Positions 21,557 to 43,252 of a stretch of DNA of 64,000 nucleotides are shown here, one piece after another. Position 1 is the stretch's first letter, and the number at the start of each line of letters is the position of its first letter. A program made the position numbers and the translations under genes. The notes under the pieces are model-generated. The model was not told where the DNA came from. It saw only the letters and a list, made by a program, of their open reading frames with translations, and did no database searches. Source of the DNA: Chrysomallon squamiferum (taxonomy: Eukaryota > Animalia > Mollusca); NCBI GenBank assembly GCA_012295275.1, contig CM022673.1, forward strand, positions 27,776,001 to 27,840,000. The letters run 5' to 3'.

Positions 21557-21875
21557 AAACTGAATACGGAATTCAGTAGACATTCCAAAACTGAATAATG
21601 GGTTTACTAGAAGTTCAGAAACTGAATAATGAGTTTACTAGATATTCAGGACCTGAATAATGGGTTTGCTAGATATTCAGGAACTGAATAATGGGTCTTC
21701 TAGATATTTAGAAACAATAATGAGATCACTAAATATTCAGAAACTTGAATAATGGGTTCATTTCATATTCAGAATCTGAATAATGGGTCCAGTAGGTATT
21801 CACATCTGAATAATGAGATTACTGCATATTCAGAAACTGAATAAGGGATTCACAAGATATTCAGAAACTGAATAA
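21557..21875 (+). repeat. 31-bp tandem repeat (~10 copies) ~100 nt after the TMEM41B stop
   Basis: Unit ~aaactgaataatgggtttactagatattcag; ctgaata recurs at 21560, 21591, 21622, 21653, 21684 and onward. Confidence 0.9.
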
Positions 21876-22496
21876 ATTTAATATAAAGATTGTGTGGAGG
21901 TAAATTGGGATTAATTGCCTAGACTGGACACAATTTTAAGTGATCATTGCTTATTTTTATTTTTAACTGATGTATGTATATTGTTTTTGTGAGATTGCTT
22001 TGATGATTAAATGGATGAAACTGAATGAAGCATTTGATGAAAGAGATCAGTTTACACTGTCACTATGGAAACAGATAACTAAGAGAGGATATATTTGGGG
22101 GTGTATTATTATTATTTTTTAATATTATTTAGTGTTTGTTTTAAATTTATTTTTTATTATTTTTGTTATGGAAAATAAAAATTGATTATTAACTACATGT
22201 TTTATTTCTTGGAAATAGTGATAAACATTTGGGTTTTAATGAGAATTAAAAAAATTAAAATAACCTTTGTTTTGGATTTTTAAATCATATTTTGCCAGGA
22301 CATGTTTCAAATTCATCACTGATTTGTGTTGTGAATAATAACATTTGCTTGATAGAATACAATAAAGTCATGAAATGAATTAATCTGGTTTTGAGATATG
22401 AAGCTGATTTTCTTAATTTCCCTAAAAAAAAAGTTATTTAATTTTGGCTTGTCAAAACAATGTTCTAAATAATTCCAATTCATTTTACTTATTCAG

Positions 22497-22527
<31 letters not shown>

Positions 22528-23254
22528 ATGTTGTGCAGTTAAATATCTCTTTGGAAGAGTTTGGGACCGATTGATTCATTTGTTTTTAGCAGCTGTTTCT
22601 GTTTCTTCTTTAACCAGTACAGCTTGAATTAAACTACTGCTGTTCATGTTACTGCCTGTTATCTGAAAACCAATGATAAAAAACATACTGCTGAATTTTT
22701 GTATCTAAAGGCATAAGAAAAAGAAAGCAATTTATTTGAGAGTGCATTTAGAAATTTTAAAACTGGTTACAAGGATTTGTATGTAGGGTTGAGATGTAAC
22801 CTGCTTGTTGTGTGCTGTTGCTACATTTTTTATTCATTATTTTTCTCACTTAACTGCAAAGAATATCTTGTATGCATTTTCATTTAGATAGGTTAATTAC
22901 ACACCTCAATGTTTGATAAAAACCACTTCTAGGATAGTTCTTAAGAAGAGTTGATCCTACACACACTTGTCACACATGGTCTGTCCACTGAGCTCCTTCT
23001 AGTTCTAAATGTTGAGTACCACAGTGACTTTGAGTAAATTAATTATCACTTGTATATTGTATCCTTTTTCAACTGAAACCCTTACTCATCTCACTTTACA
23101 TTTGTCAGACAGTCTAGTATTAATATGCTAGCTTTCTTAATTGAGAGGTGATTATCAAATTCATAACAAAAACATATTTCCATGTGTTGTTATGTCATGG
23201 GTAGCAGTATTGTATTTTTTTTGTGTCGCTCATTTTTTTCATTATTTATTAATG

Positions 23255-25562
23255 TTCTAATATTTGTTGATCAGTGTGAATGAAAAATGGTATTGAATTA
23301 TCTTTTGTATACCTGTACTGGTTTCAACTCAGATGTAAGCAAGATTGTAAATGTCTTCATTAATACATAAAATAACAATGCATCAGTTGAATGTGTTTAT
23401 ATGTATATATATGCTCATACATGTCTGTCTACAAGCCTATACTGTATATATATTTATATTTATGTATCTATTCCTTATGTATTTATTTATATATAAATAT
23501 ATTGTTTTAGTTAGTTTAAAATATGATTGTTTAAATCGCACATAAGTTGAACTAAATACTGTTTCAGTAGATACTTTAAATTATGAAATGTATATTTTTT
23601 ATTTTTTAAATGAAAAGGATCAAACATAATTTCCTTCTTTTGTATTAATCATAGCCTATATATAAAAATGAAATTGTATTGTAGAAAGTAGTGTTAATTT
23701 TCTTACTTAATACATCATTATATTATTTTTTTTTAAATTAAAAAAATACATAATTTACCTTTTAAATAGGTAATATTTATAGAATGAAAAATGTAATGAA
23801 TTTGTTGACTTTTCATTTAATCTGGTTATCTTATTTTAGGTTATTTTTTTCTCATTTTGTTATGTTACTGAAGGTATTTTTTTAAATTTATTTATTTATT
23901 TTTATTTTTGGAATTTTCATCTTTAAATGTAAGAAAACTGAAAACTAGTAAATCACAGAAAAAAAGACAATAAACTTAAAATAAAAGAACTGTTCCGATT
24001 TATTATATTTCATTTTGTTGTTTTTCATTATGAATCTAAATATGAAATTTCTATTTAATTTTAACCCATTCACTCAAAATAAATTAAAAAAAAAAAAAAA
24101 AAAAAATAGTATCAAAAAAATAACAGACATCTTAAATGTTAGACTGATTATTTGAACAATTTGTTAAAGGAAATGATTAGTTTTCCTTCAATATATTTTT
24201 AGTCATCAACTTGTTTTTCTTTTAAATTGGATATTAATGTTCACATTTCTTCAAACATTCCTTTCTGTCACTTTTGAATGCTTTTTATTCTGCAACAATT
24301 TCATTTCAGTGAGTTTTCTTGTATAGTTTTACTGCAGATTTTTAATCCCTTATTACAATTGTATATGGTGAATAGGCAGGACCAAATAAAAGGTACAAAC
24401 CCTGATGTTAAAAAGTAACTGCTGCAGAATTATTTTTCTTCTGTACTGTGATAATTTTGATGTCAGTGTTGGACTGTAATCTGGGTTTTTAAAAAAATGA
24501 TTAAATGTTGTGTAGGTACATCACTCTTCATGTTAATGATGATTGCTAGAAACAAAGGCTAATAATATATATGTGTGTGTGTGTGTGTGTTCAGCATTCT
24601 TTTTCAAAGAACCATATTTTGAATGAACCTTAATAATATGTAATATGCTTTGTATGCTTTGTGTACCTTGGTTCTAAGTAAGAAAATTGATATTGTTTAA
24701 TTAAAAATACATGTGACCAATAAATAATTTCATTATTCATTTTTATTTAATGCATGGCCTTTGTAAAGATGGGCTCATTGTTTTTCTTTTATTATTATTA
24801 TTATTATATATATTTAATTTTTTACTTTTTTTTTCTTTTTTTTTCTGTATTGTATGTCTTTGTGGATTGGATGTATGAACTAGTTTTATATTTCATAATT
24901 TTTCCTATGGTTAACTATCCTTCATATTTACTCCCAATATTTCGTAAACGTTTAACCATAAACAATAGGATTTTTTAAATTATTATTTGTTTATTTATTT
25001 ATGACTTTCTTATTATTTGTTTCTTCTTCTTCTTATTATTATTATTTGTAATTTTATTATATTTTTTATCCCTGGTTTTTTGTTTTGTTTTTTATTTAAT
25101 GTACACACTTAATTTTTAATCTTTTTCATATACCTTTCATACACAAGTTTGTGTGTACATGTGTCTTTCTACTTGTGGATATATATTTTAATTATAGAGG
25201 GTTTAAGCCTTCATCCTCTTTCTCTTTTATCTAGAGGTGTGTTCAACACTTTAATATAGTTTACACAGAACGAAATGTTGCATAAAATTGTTTGCAGATC
25301 AAGAAATAGTTAAACTAGCAATTGTTTGGCCGGTGTGTTACATAGTTACTGAGTTTTAAACGCAGTTAACTGATACCAAAGGAATATTAAACAGCTATAT
25401 CGTTTTGGTAATAATGATTTGTGGAAACCAACTATATGTATGAAAATTATGTGACAGTAAAAAATATGTTGTAATTTGTTTTAGTTTGTTTTCTTTCTCC
25501 GCTGGTTAAACTATGTCCAGAATAACAGTTTCTTTTCATCTTTTTTACGATGTTTTTTCGAT

Positions 25563-25601
<39 letters not shown>

Positions 25602-26445
25602 TTTTTTTTTTTTTGCTTGAACTCTTAATATTTCTGGAATGTATGCAAAAATTAAGTTTATTCCAAAACCTTCAATACTCTAAAATCCGCAAAGATCAAC
25701 ACGAAATGCTAATTTGTTGCTTTGTTTACAATGAACACCTGCAGCTGTAGTTTGTAATGGTTTCTTTTTGAAAAACTAAAAAATCAAGAGGATTTCGCTG
25801 AGAGGCTTGGAAATGGTAACGATTTTCCGGAGCCAAATCCTTTCCACTCTTACGTAATCCTTTTTCACTACTTCTGTCTGCATTGATGTAACCTTGCAAT
25901 ATTTAAGTGTTTAAAATTTATAAAAGCTAAAAATGATCATCTCATGGAGTAGTAGATGTTTGATATTTGTCTCTATGTGAAAAGTGTTTACACAAACACA
26001 CTGCGATCTTTCCTCCTGCCATACTCAAGTCGTGTATTTATTAAATTAATTTTCAGTTTCTTGTGTGATATCAACTACATAATGTTTCGATGATTTCGAT
26101 AATATTTAAAACCAAAGGTTCCAGTTTACTACTAAATATTCTGTGATATTTTTATTTACATATTTATTTATTTGTTTGTTTGTTTGTTTGTTTGTTTGTT
26201 TATTTATTTCTCATTTGTTTGTTTGTTTATTTCTTTATTTTATTTTAACAGTTATTTATTTATCTTTTATTTATTTATTCATTTTTTTTCATTTAAAAAA
26301 AAAAAAAAAATTAAAAACACACTACCGACAATATAATAAGAAGAACATTGAAAAAAAAAAGAACAGTAATAATCTTTATGAACATATATAAAATTGTGTG
26401 TGTGTGTGTGTCTGTGTGTGCGTAAGTATTTCTCTGTGTATATAT

Positions 26446-26490
<45 letters not shown>

Positions 26491-27910
26491 TGTGCCTGTT
26501 TGTGGGCAGTAAAATGTTAATTAACAGAGATTAATTTAGGGAGAAAAACAATTACGATTTTTCTCTTTGATAAAACTGTCCCCTAATGAGGTGCACGTAA
26601 AGAATTTAATGTATAAAAACACTGACTGGCGATGTATGATTTAGCTAAATGCAATCGGGGCACAGCGCTCATATAAGGAAAGAAAAGAAAGAAATGCGTC
26701 AATAAGATATTACTTCAGGCAACTTACGATAAGAAGCAGTCAGGCAGGGTTCTCTCTCTCTATATATAGCCTCTTTTAACATAATACTCCCTATAGTTTC
26801 TGTGATAAAATATTAACGCTGTTCACTTAATAATATAAATTCTTTTTTTTAATTTTGTTTTTGATTTACATAATATTATAGTTAAATCATGACTACTGAG
26901 ATAACAGTACTACCACACATTACGATCAACTTTTAGGTGGTATATTTTTCTCTTGAAGCATTTAATACAAAAATATGACTTTTATTTCCAGAATAATGAA
27001 GCTTTTGAATAAATCTGCTTTAGAAAAAAAGAAAGAAAAAATGGGTTGAATGGGAAATAATAACGTAATTTATTTCGTGAAAACTCGTACTTGTCGAACC
27101 TACATGTATTACGTAAATGCCTGCACTCATATTTTACTTATTGTTGCTTTATTTCTTAGCGCCCTTTAAATTCACGGGAACAGGGTTAAAGATCACGATG
27201 AAATATTTTATAATAAGTATCTAACTTATGGTAAATTAAATTTCTTTTGGCTTTGATTTCATTGGGTTCTTCTTTTTTCTTTTATTCATACTTTTTATAT
27301 TTTTTTTATTTTTTTAAATTTGTTTTCGTTTCGTAATTATTTAAACTAATTTGCTTACAAACATGTATTAGCGACAATAAATTTCATTTTGCGAAGCGAG
27401 TCTTTGGAGTGTGGCTCACTTCATACGGGTGAAAGAGTGAGGGGTGGAGCAATGTTTTGATTCCATCTCGTTTATGAAATTCTAAACACTAACCCACCGA
27501 CTATGATTGTCTGTTATCTACGCGTTATATTTACTGAGATAATGAACCACTATTATTTATTTATTTATTTGTTTACTTACTTCGTTAGTTAGTTACTTAT
27601 GCATTTACTTACTTATTTAGTTATTTATTTATTTACTTATATAGTTATTTAGTATGTATTTACTTACTTACCTTCAAACCTATTTCTTATTTACTTACGT
27701 ATTTAGTTACATATTTATTTGTTACATACTTACATATTTACTTATTTTTTTATTTACTTATTTACTTACTTATTAAGTTACTTATTTTTTTACTTACTTA
27801 TTTATTTATTTTTTTATTTATTTGTTTGTAGGCTAATTTGAATTAAATTTCTTCCTCTCTACGGTTCGCAGGTTTGCTTTGAATAGATACTTACAAAATA
27901 GCTGTAACAA

Positions 27911-27966
<56 letters not shown>

Positions 27967-28901
27967 CGAACATTCGCACCAAATTCCACTTTTCATATAA
28001 TAATGAAGTATTGCCAATGAAGAATCTAACGAAACAAACTTAAAATTCTGGTACAATTATCTTTTATGATTGGCTTTTTGTTTTATAATACAGTGGTATG
28101 TTAATAAATGCAGCTGTGGTGTATATATCTTTGTAATGAATAATACAATAACAACATTAAAATTTATAATAATAATAATGCAATTATAACTGATAGACAT
28201 GAAAATGAAGCGAACTGCAAATATCTAACGATCTTTTAATTCTTTTAATTTTTAATTACACCATTATAATTTTATTTTACTAAAACATTTATTCAGCCTG
28301 AATTTCATTATACATTGTGTATTGTTCAAACACAAAGTATGTGATGTTAATATTGATATAAACTATATTAGTCAATATGTAGAACAAACTTCAGTTTTTT
28401 AAAGTGGATGTTTTCATTCAGGTATCCGAAATCGTTTTATGTACATAACTTTTAAAGTGCACTTTTATGAAGAAGATATATATATATGTATATATATAGA
28501 CACGCACCTACACATACATATACAACACACGTGCTGGTTTATTTGGTATACGACATAAACCTTTGCTAATTATAAAGTATGACAATAAAATAAAGTAGAT
28601 CATATCTTATCATAAATACTTCATTAACCACATGAACAAAACAAAAATAAACAAAAAACCAACAAATATGATAGTTATGGCAGAATGATATTAATAAAGG
28701 CAAAGAAAAAAAAAAGTAAATTATTGTAATATTTGCTGAAGCTATCAGCCTTCAAAGATTTTTTATTTCTATTCCAAGAAATGAAATATAACAGATTTAT
28801 ATGTGTGTGTATGTATATGTGGGTCATGTCGTTTTAATTACATATTACATATAAAGCATCATTTCTAATAAAAGCTTGAAAGTACACATTCATACATACA
28901 T

Positions 28902-28949
<48 letters not shown>

Positions 28950-29860
28950 CTGTTTTTTTGTTTGTAACGTCAGCCATAGGAAAGTGCTGGATCAGATGAA
29001 ATATTTGGAAGTGCACTGTTTGGCTTTTTCAATGTATAAAGCTTTATTGCATTTAAATTCATTAGACTGAAAACAAATCAGTTTCAAACTAATTCCATTT
29101 TCTTCTCTAAATGTAAGAAAACTGAAAGCCAGTAAATCACAGAAAAGAAGAATATAAACTTAAAATAAGAGAACTGTGTCTAGCCATTATACTTCATTTT
29201 GTTGTTTTTCAGTATCAACGAACATATAAGAATCTAAATATAAAACTTCTATTTAATTTAAACCTATTCAATCAATATAAATTAAAGAAAAAAAGAAAAA
29301 TAAAAGGTAACAAAAAAAAAAGAAAAGACATCATAAATTTTAGACTAATTATTTGAACAGTTTGTTACAGGAAATAATAATTTTTCCTTAAATATATTTT
29401 TAGTCATCAACTTGTTTTTGTTTTAAATTGTATATTTGTTTACATTTCTTCAAACATTCCTTTCTGTCACTTCTAATTTTTTTCATATTTATTATTTTTT
29501 TTTTTTTTTTGCAACAAATTCATTTCAGCGAGTTTTCTTATATAGTTTTATTGCAGATTTTTAATCCCTTATTACAATTGTACATGGTGAACAGGCAGGA
29601 CCAAATAAATGTTACAAACCCTGATGTTAAAAAGTAACTACTGCAGAATTTTTTTCCTTCTGTATGTGATATATATATGTATATATATAAACACACACAC
29701 ACATATACATACATTCGGCGTTCTGTCCCAAAGAGGACCATATTTTGAATGAAACTCAATATGTAATATGAGTTTTATGCTTTGTGTGACTCGGTTCAAA
29801 GTAAAAAATTTGATATTGTTTAATTAAAAATACATGTGACCAGTAAATAATTTCATTATT

Positions 29861-29895
<35 letters not shown>

Positions 29896-31400
29896 GGCCT
29901 TTCAAAAGATGGGGACATTATTTAAACATTAAAAGTTCCATCATTCTGGGTCTGTTTTCACTGTTTTCATATGTGCACACTTATTATTATTATTATTATT
30001 TTTTTTATATATTTCATACACAAGGCTGAATGTGCATGTGTGTATGCTTACCTGTGGATATATATTTTAATTATAGAGGTTTTAAACTTTCATCCTTTTT
30101 CTCTTTTATCTAGAGCTGAGTTCAACACTTTAATATAGTTTACAAAGAACGAAATGTCGCATACAATTGTATGCAGATCAAGAAATAGTTCAACTAGCAA
30201 TGTTTGACGGTATGTTACTGAGTTTTAAACACAGTTAACTGATATCAAAGGAATATTAAACAGCTATATCGTTTTGGTAATAATGATTTGTGGAAACCAA
30301 CTACATGTATGAAAATTATGTGACAGTAAAAAGTATGTTGTAATTTGTTTTAGTTTGTTTTCTTTCTCCGCTGGTTAACGACACCCAAATAAACTATGTC
30401 CAGAATAACAGATTTTTTAATTAATAACAGTTTCTTTCAATTTTTTTTTATTTTTTTTCACTTGAGCTTGATATTTGTTGACTGTATGGAAAAACGAAGT
30501 TTGTTCCAAAACATCCAATACTCTAAAATCCACAATGCAGTTCAGTAGCTCAGCCCATAATATAAGCGTAATTTTATACAGACAGACAGATCGAAGTTCC
30601 GTACTGTCAACGGGTTATTTCCAGTTCCTACCAACGCTCGACATCTAGTTTAGCAAAGATCTGGTTTAAGTTTTAATGTCTGGAAAAGGCTTAGATAAAT
30701 AAGAAAAAAGCAACGCACTGCTTAACGACAATTTTTTAATTTCACCCGTTTATATTTTAATTATTTTATTTATTCTGCTGTCCAGTCTTAAAGAATAAAG
30801 AAACGTAACAACAAAAAAGGAACAGTTATGAAATATTTGGGCGCCACCATTTATCTGAAGTTGTCACGTTATCATTTTTCTTTCTGTCTTTCTTCTTGGT
30901 TTCATACTAGATATTACTTTAATTACTCATATTTCTTTCACAATTTTCTTCACGTTGTTCTTCCATAGAGCAGTGGAATCTTAAGGAATAAAGAAGAGTA
31001 ACAAACAAACAAAAAGAAAATAGAGAAAAAAACAACAACAAAAAACAGTTATGAAATATTGGGGCGCCGTTATTTTTCTGAAGTTGTAACGTCGTCATTC
31101 ATTTTTAATTTTTTTTTTTTTATTGATTTCATACTACATATTACTTTAATTACTCATATTTCTTTCACAGTTTTCTTTACGTTCTTCTTTCATACGGCAA
31201 GAACTTTTATAATCCTTATTATCACTTGGAAAGTACGTGTTGTAATCGGCTTCATAAATTAAAACGAACGCATTCATATTTCAGTAATATCAAAGAGTTA
31301 AATATTAAGGTAATAAACCTAAAACTGAGAAAGGCAAAAAAAAAAAAAAAAAAAAAGTACATATTGCTAACAAATGATAAATGTATGCACTCCATATATA
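23255..31400. repeat. Mosaic of segmentally duplicated non-coding flanks of the CAP amplicon
   Basis: atcgttttggtaataatgatttgtggaaaccaac occurs at ~25400, ~30270 and ~60570, and reversed at ~44950 and ~57330 (some copies diverged). 23920-24760 repeats at ~29100-29900, and 28010-28870 repeats at ~41690-42530. Confidence 0.85.
27832..27871 (+). pseudogene. Orphan degenerate exon 2 of a deleted CAP-gene copy
   Basis: ttgtag|gctaatttgaattaaatttcttcctctctacggttcgcag aligns to exon 2 (32257-32297) but has an in-frame TAA and is 1 nt shorter. It has the same tttatttac-rich intron upstream and (TC)n downstream. Confidence 0.75.
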
Positions 31401-31415
31401 AATGTATCTCAAAAA

Positions 31416-31497
31416 TGATTGGTGCACTCCCAGATACATTTGCGCCAATCGCAGCGTTGTCAGCGAATGCGATGTACTCAGACATTACCATATATAA
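31416..31497 (+). promoter_or_regulatory. Core promoter of CAP copy A: inverted pair of CCAAT boxes plus TATA box
   Basis: gattggtgca...tgcgccaatc (31417-31450) and TATATAA (31491-31497) lie ~105 nt upstream of caccATG at 31602. The arrangement is conserved in copy B. Confidence 0.6.
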
Positions 31498-31601
31498 CCC
31501 CAAAACACAGCCACTGAACTTTAAACTGATTTAGTCACATAACGTGATCGTTAAAACAGAAAAGCCTATAACGTGAACAATTTGTCTCAAGACTGTTCAC
31601 C

Positions 31602-39561
<7,960 letters not shown>

Positions 39562-39564
39562 ACA

Positions 39565-41554
39565 CACGTTATTAAGTAAACACCCAGCTTACGTCTGTCT
39601 TACTACACGTTATTAAGTAAACACCCAGCTTACGTCTGTCTTACTACGCGTTATTAAGTAAACACCCAGCTTACGTCTGTCTTACTACGCGTTATTAAGT
39701 AAACACCCAGCTTACGTCTGTCTTACTACGCGTTATTAAGTAAACACCCAGCTTACGTCTGTCTCACTACCCGTTATTAAGTAAACACCCAGCTTACGTC
39801 TGTCTTACTACGCGTTATTAAGTAAACACCCAGCTTACGTCTGTCTTACGTCTGTCTCACTACGCGTTATTAAGTAAACACCCAGCTTACGTCTGTCTTA
39901 TTACGCGTTATTAAGTAAACACCCAGCTTACGTCTGTCTTACTACGCGTTATTAAGTAAACACCCAGCTTACGTCTGTCTTACTACGCGTTATTAAGTAA
40001 ACACCCAGCTTACGTCTGTCTTACTACGCGTTATTAAGTAAACACCCAGCTTACGTCTGTCTTACTACGCGTTATTTAAACACCCAGCTTACGTCTGTCT
40101 TACTACGCGTTATTAAGTAAACACCCAGCTTACGTCTGTCTTACTACGCGTTATTAAGTAAACAAACACTGTCACGCTTACGTCTGTCTTACTACGCGTT
40201 ATTAAGTAAACACCCAGCTTACGTCTGTCTTACTACGCGTTATTAAGTAAACACCCAGCTTACGTCTGTCTTACTACGCGTTATTAAGTAAACACCCAGC
40301 TTACGTCTGTCTTACTACGCGTTATTAAGTAAACACCCAGCTTACGTCTGTCTTACTACGCGTACGCGTTATTAAGTAAACACCCAGCTTACGTCTGTCT
40401 TACTACGCGTTATTAAGTAAACACCCAGCTTACGTCTGTCTTACTACGCGTTATTAAGTAAACACCCAGCTTACGTCTGTCTTACTACGCGTTATTAAGT
40501 AAACACCCAGCTTACGTCTGTCTTACTACGCGTTATTAAGTAAACACCCAGCTTACGTCTGTCTTACTACGCGTTATTAAGTAAACACCCAGCTTACGTC
40601 TGTCTTACTACGCGTTATTAAGTAAACACCCAGCTTACGTCTGTCTTATTACGTTATTAAGTAAACACCCAGCTTACGTCTGTCTTACTACGCGTTATTA
40701 AGTAAACACCCAGCTTACGTCTGTCTTACTACGCGTTATTTATTACGCGTTATTAAGTAAACACCCAGCTTACGTCTGTCTTATACGCGTTATTAAGTAA
40801 ACACCCAGCTTACGTCTGTCTTACTACGCGTTATTAAGTAAACACCCAGCTTACGTCTGTCTTATTACGTTATTAAGTAACACCAGTTTACGTCTGTCTT
40901 ATTACGTTATTAAGTAAACACCCAGCTTAAACGCGTTATTAAGTAAACACCCAGCTTACGTCTGTCTTACTACGCGTTATTAAGTAAACACCCAGCTTAC
41001 GTCTGTCTTACTACGCGTTATTAAGTAAACACCCAGCTTACGTCTGTCTTATTACGTTATTAAGTAAACACCCAGCTTACGTCTGTCTTATTACGCGTTA
41101 TTAAGTAAACACCCAGCTTACGTCTGTCTTACTACGCGTTATTAAGTAAACACCCAGCTTACGTCTGTCTTACTACGCGTTATTAAGTAAACACCCAGCT
41201 TACGTCTGTCTTACTACGCGTTATTAAGTAAACACCCAGCTTACGTCTGTCTTATTACGTTATTAAGTAAACACCCAGTTTACGTCTGTCTTACTACACG
41301 TTATTAAGTAAACACCCAGCTTACGTCTGTCTTACTACGCGTTATTAAGTAAACACCCAGCTTACGTCTGTCTTACTACGCGTTATTAAGTAAACACCCA
41401 GCTTACGTCTGTCTTTCTTATTACGTTATTAAGTAAACACTCAGCTTACGTCTGTCTTACTACGCGTTATTAAGTAAACACCCAGCTTACGTCTGTCTTA
41501 CTACGTTATTAAGTAAACACCCAGCTTACATCCGTCTTACTACGCGTTATTAAG
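39565..41554 (+). repeat. 41-bp minisatellite (~48 units) immediately after the copy A stop codon
   Basis: Unit gcgttattaagtaaacacccagcttacgtctgtcttactac; period 41 (tattaagta at 39611 and 39652); near-homogeneous. Confidence 0.97.
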
Positions 41555-43160
41555 AAAATACCACAAGTGACAGTTTTTCACAAAATAATTAATTAAAACA
41601 TTTGGGGATTGTATTGTTTTTTAAATTTGCTGATCGTAGTAATATGATGGGTTTAATGATTTTCAAAGGAGATATAATAATAAAGTGTTACCAATGAATA
41701 ATCTAATGAAACAAACTTAAAATTCTGGTACAGTTATCATTTATGATTGGCTTTTTGTTTTATAATACAGTGGTATGTTAATAAATGCAGCTATGGTGTA
41801 TATATCTTTGTAATGAATAATACAATAACAACATTAAAATGTATAATAATAATAATGCAATTATAACTGATAGACCTGAAATGAAGCTAAGACCTGCAAA
41901 TATCTGTCGATTTTTTAATTCTTTTAATTTTTAAATACACCATAATAAATTTATTAAGCCTGTATTTCATTATATATTATGTATTTTTCAAACACAAAGT
42001 ATGTCATGTTAATATTGTATAAACTATGTTAGTCAGTATAAAGTACAAACTTAAAATTTTAAAGTGAACCTTTTCATCCAGGTATCTGAAACACGTTTTA
42101 TGTACATAACTTTTAAAGTGCACTTTTATGAAGAATATGACACACACACAAACATACACACACACAGAGACAGACGTGCTAATTTATTTGGTTTAAGACA
42201 TAAACCTTTGCTAATTATAAAGTATGACAATAAAATAATATAGATCATATCACATCATAAATATATCATCAATATTACGAGAAAAAAACACGAAAACAAA
42301 CAAAGAAAACTTGATAGTTATGGCAGAAATATATTAATAAAGGCAAAGAAATTAAAGTAAATCATTGTAATATTTGCTGAACCTATCAGCCTTCAAGGAT
42401 CTTTTTATTTCTATTCCAAGAAATGAAATATTATAGATTTATATGTGTGTGTATGTATATATGTGGCTAATGACGTTTTAAATATATTATATATAAAGCA
42501 CCATTTCTAATAAAAGCTTGAAAGTACACAGTATATATATTGATTTGTGCAGTTTGTTTAAACCACCAAAGCCCCACACACTCAAACCAAATAAAATCAC
42601 AGGTCACTGTATTCTTTTACTAAAAGTCCTGCTTATGAAAATTTCACGAAAATTTCTTCCTTTTTTTTCTTCTGTTTTTTGTTTGTAACGTCAGCCATTG
42701 GACTGTGTCGTTTGTTAGCTGCTGGATCAGATGACAAGATTAATTTAGGGAGAAAAAAATTACGATTTTTCTCTTTGATAAAACTTTCACCTAATGAAGT
42801 GCACGTAAAGAATTTAGTGTATAAACACTGACTGACGATGCTATGATTTAGCTAAGAGCAATCGGAACACACGGCTCATATAAGGAAGAAAAGAAAGAAA
42901 TGCGTCAATAATATATTACTTCAGGAAACTGATAATAAGAAGCACACAGGCAAGGGTCAAAGGGGAAATTCTGAGCTGGGACTGTCCTCATTTGGCTTTT
43001 TACGGTGCAAATTGGAAGAGTTAAAAAATATATTATAAAACATGCGGAGAAGAATCATTCAGAGAAAAGAGACAGATAACTACCCACCCACATGCATAGA
43101 AGATACATACATACATACATACATACATACATACATACATACATACAAACACTTACATAC

Positions 43161-43252
<92 letters not shown>

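Noticed and set aside
21557-21875. Palindromic repeat with variable intervals resembling a mini-CRISPR
   Set aside because: The intervals are only ~14-17 nt and are homologous to each other, so it is a diverged tandem repeat.
39565-41554. CRISPR array-like regular repeat
   Set aside because: Units are contiguous with no unique spacers, there are no cas genes, and the context is a eukaryotic spliced gene; it is a minisatellite.
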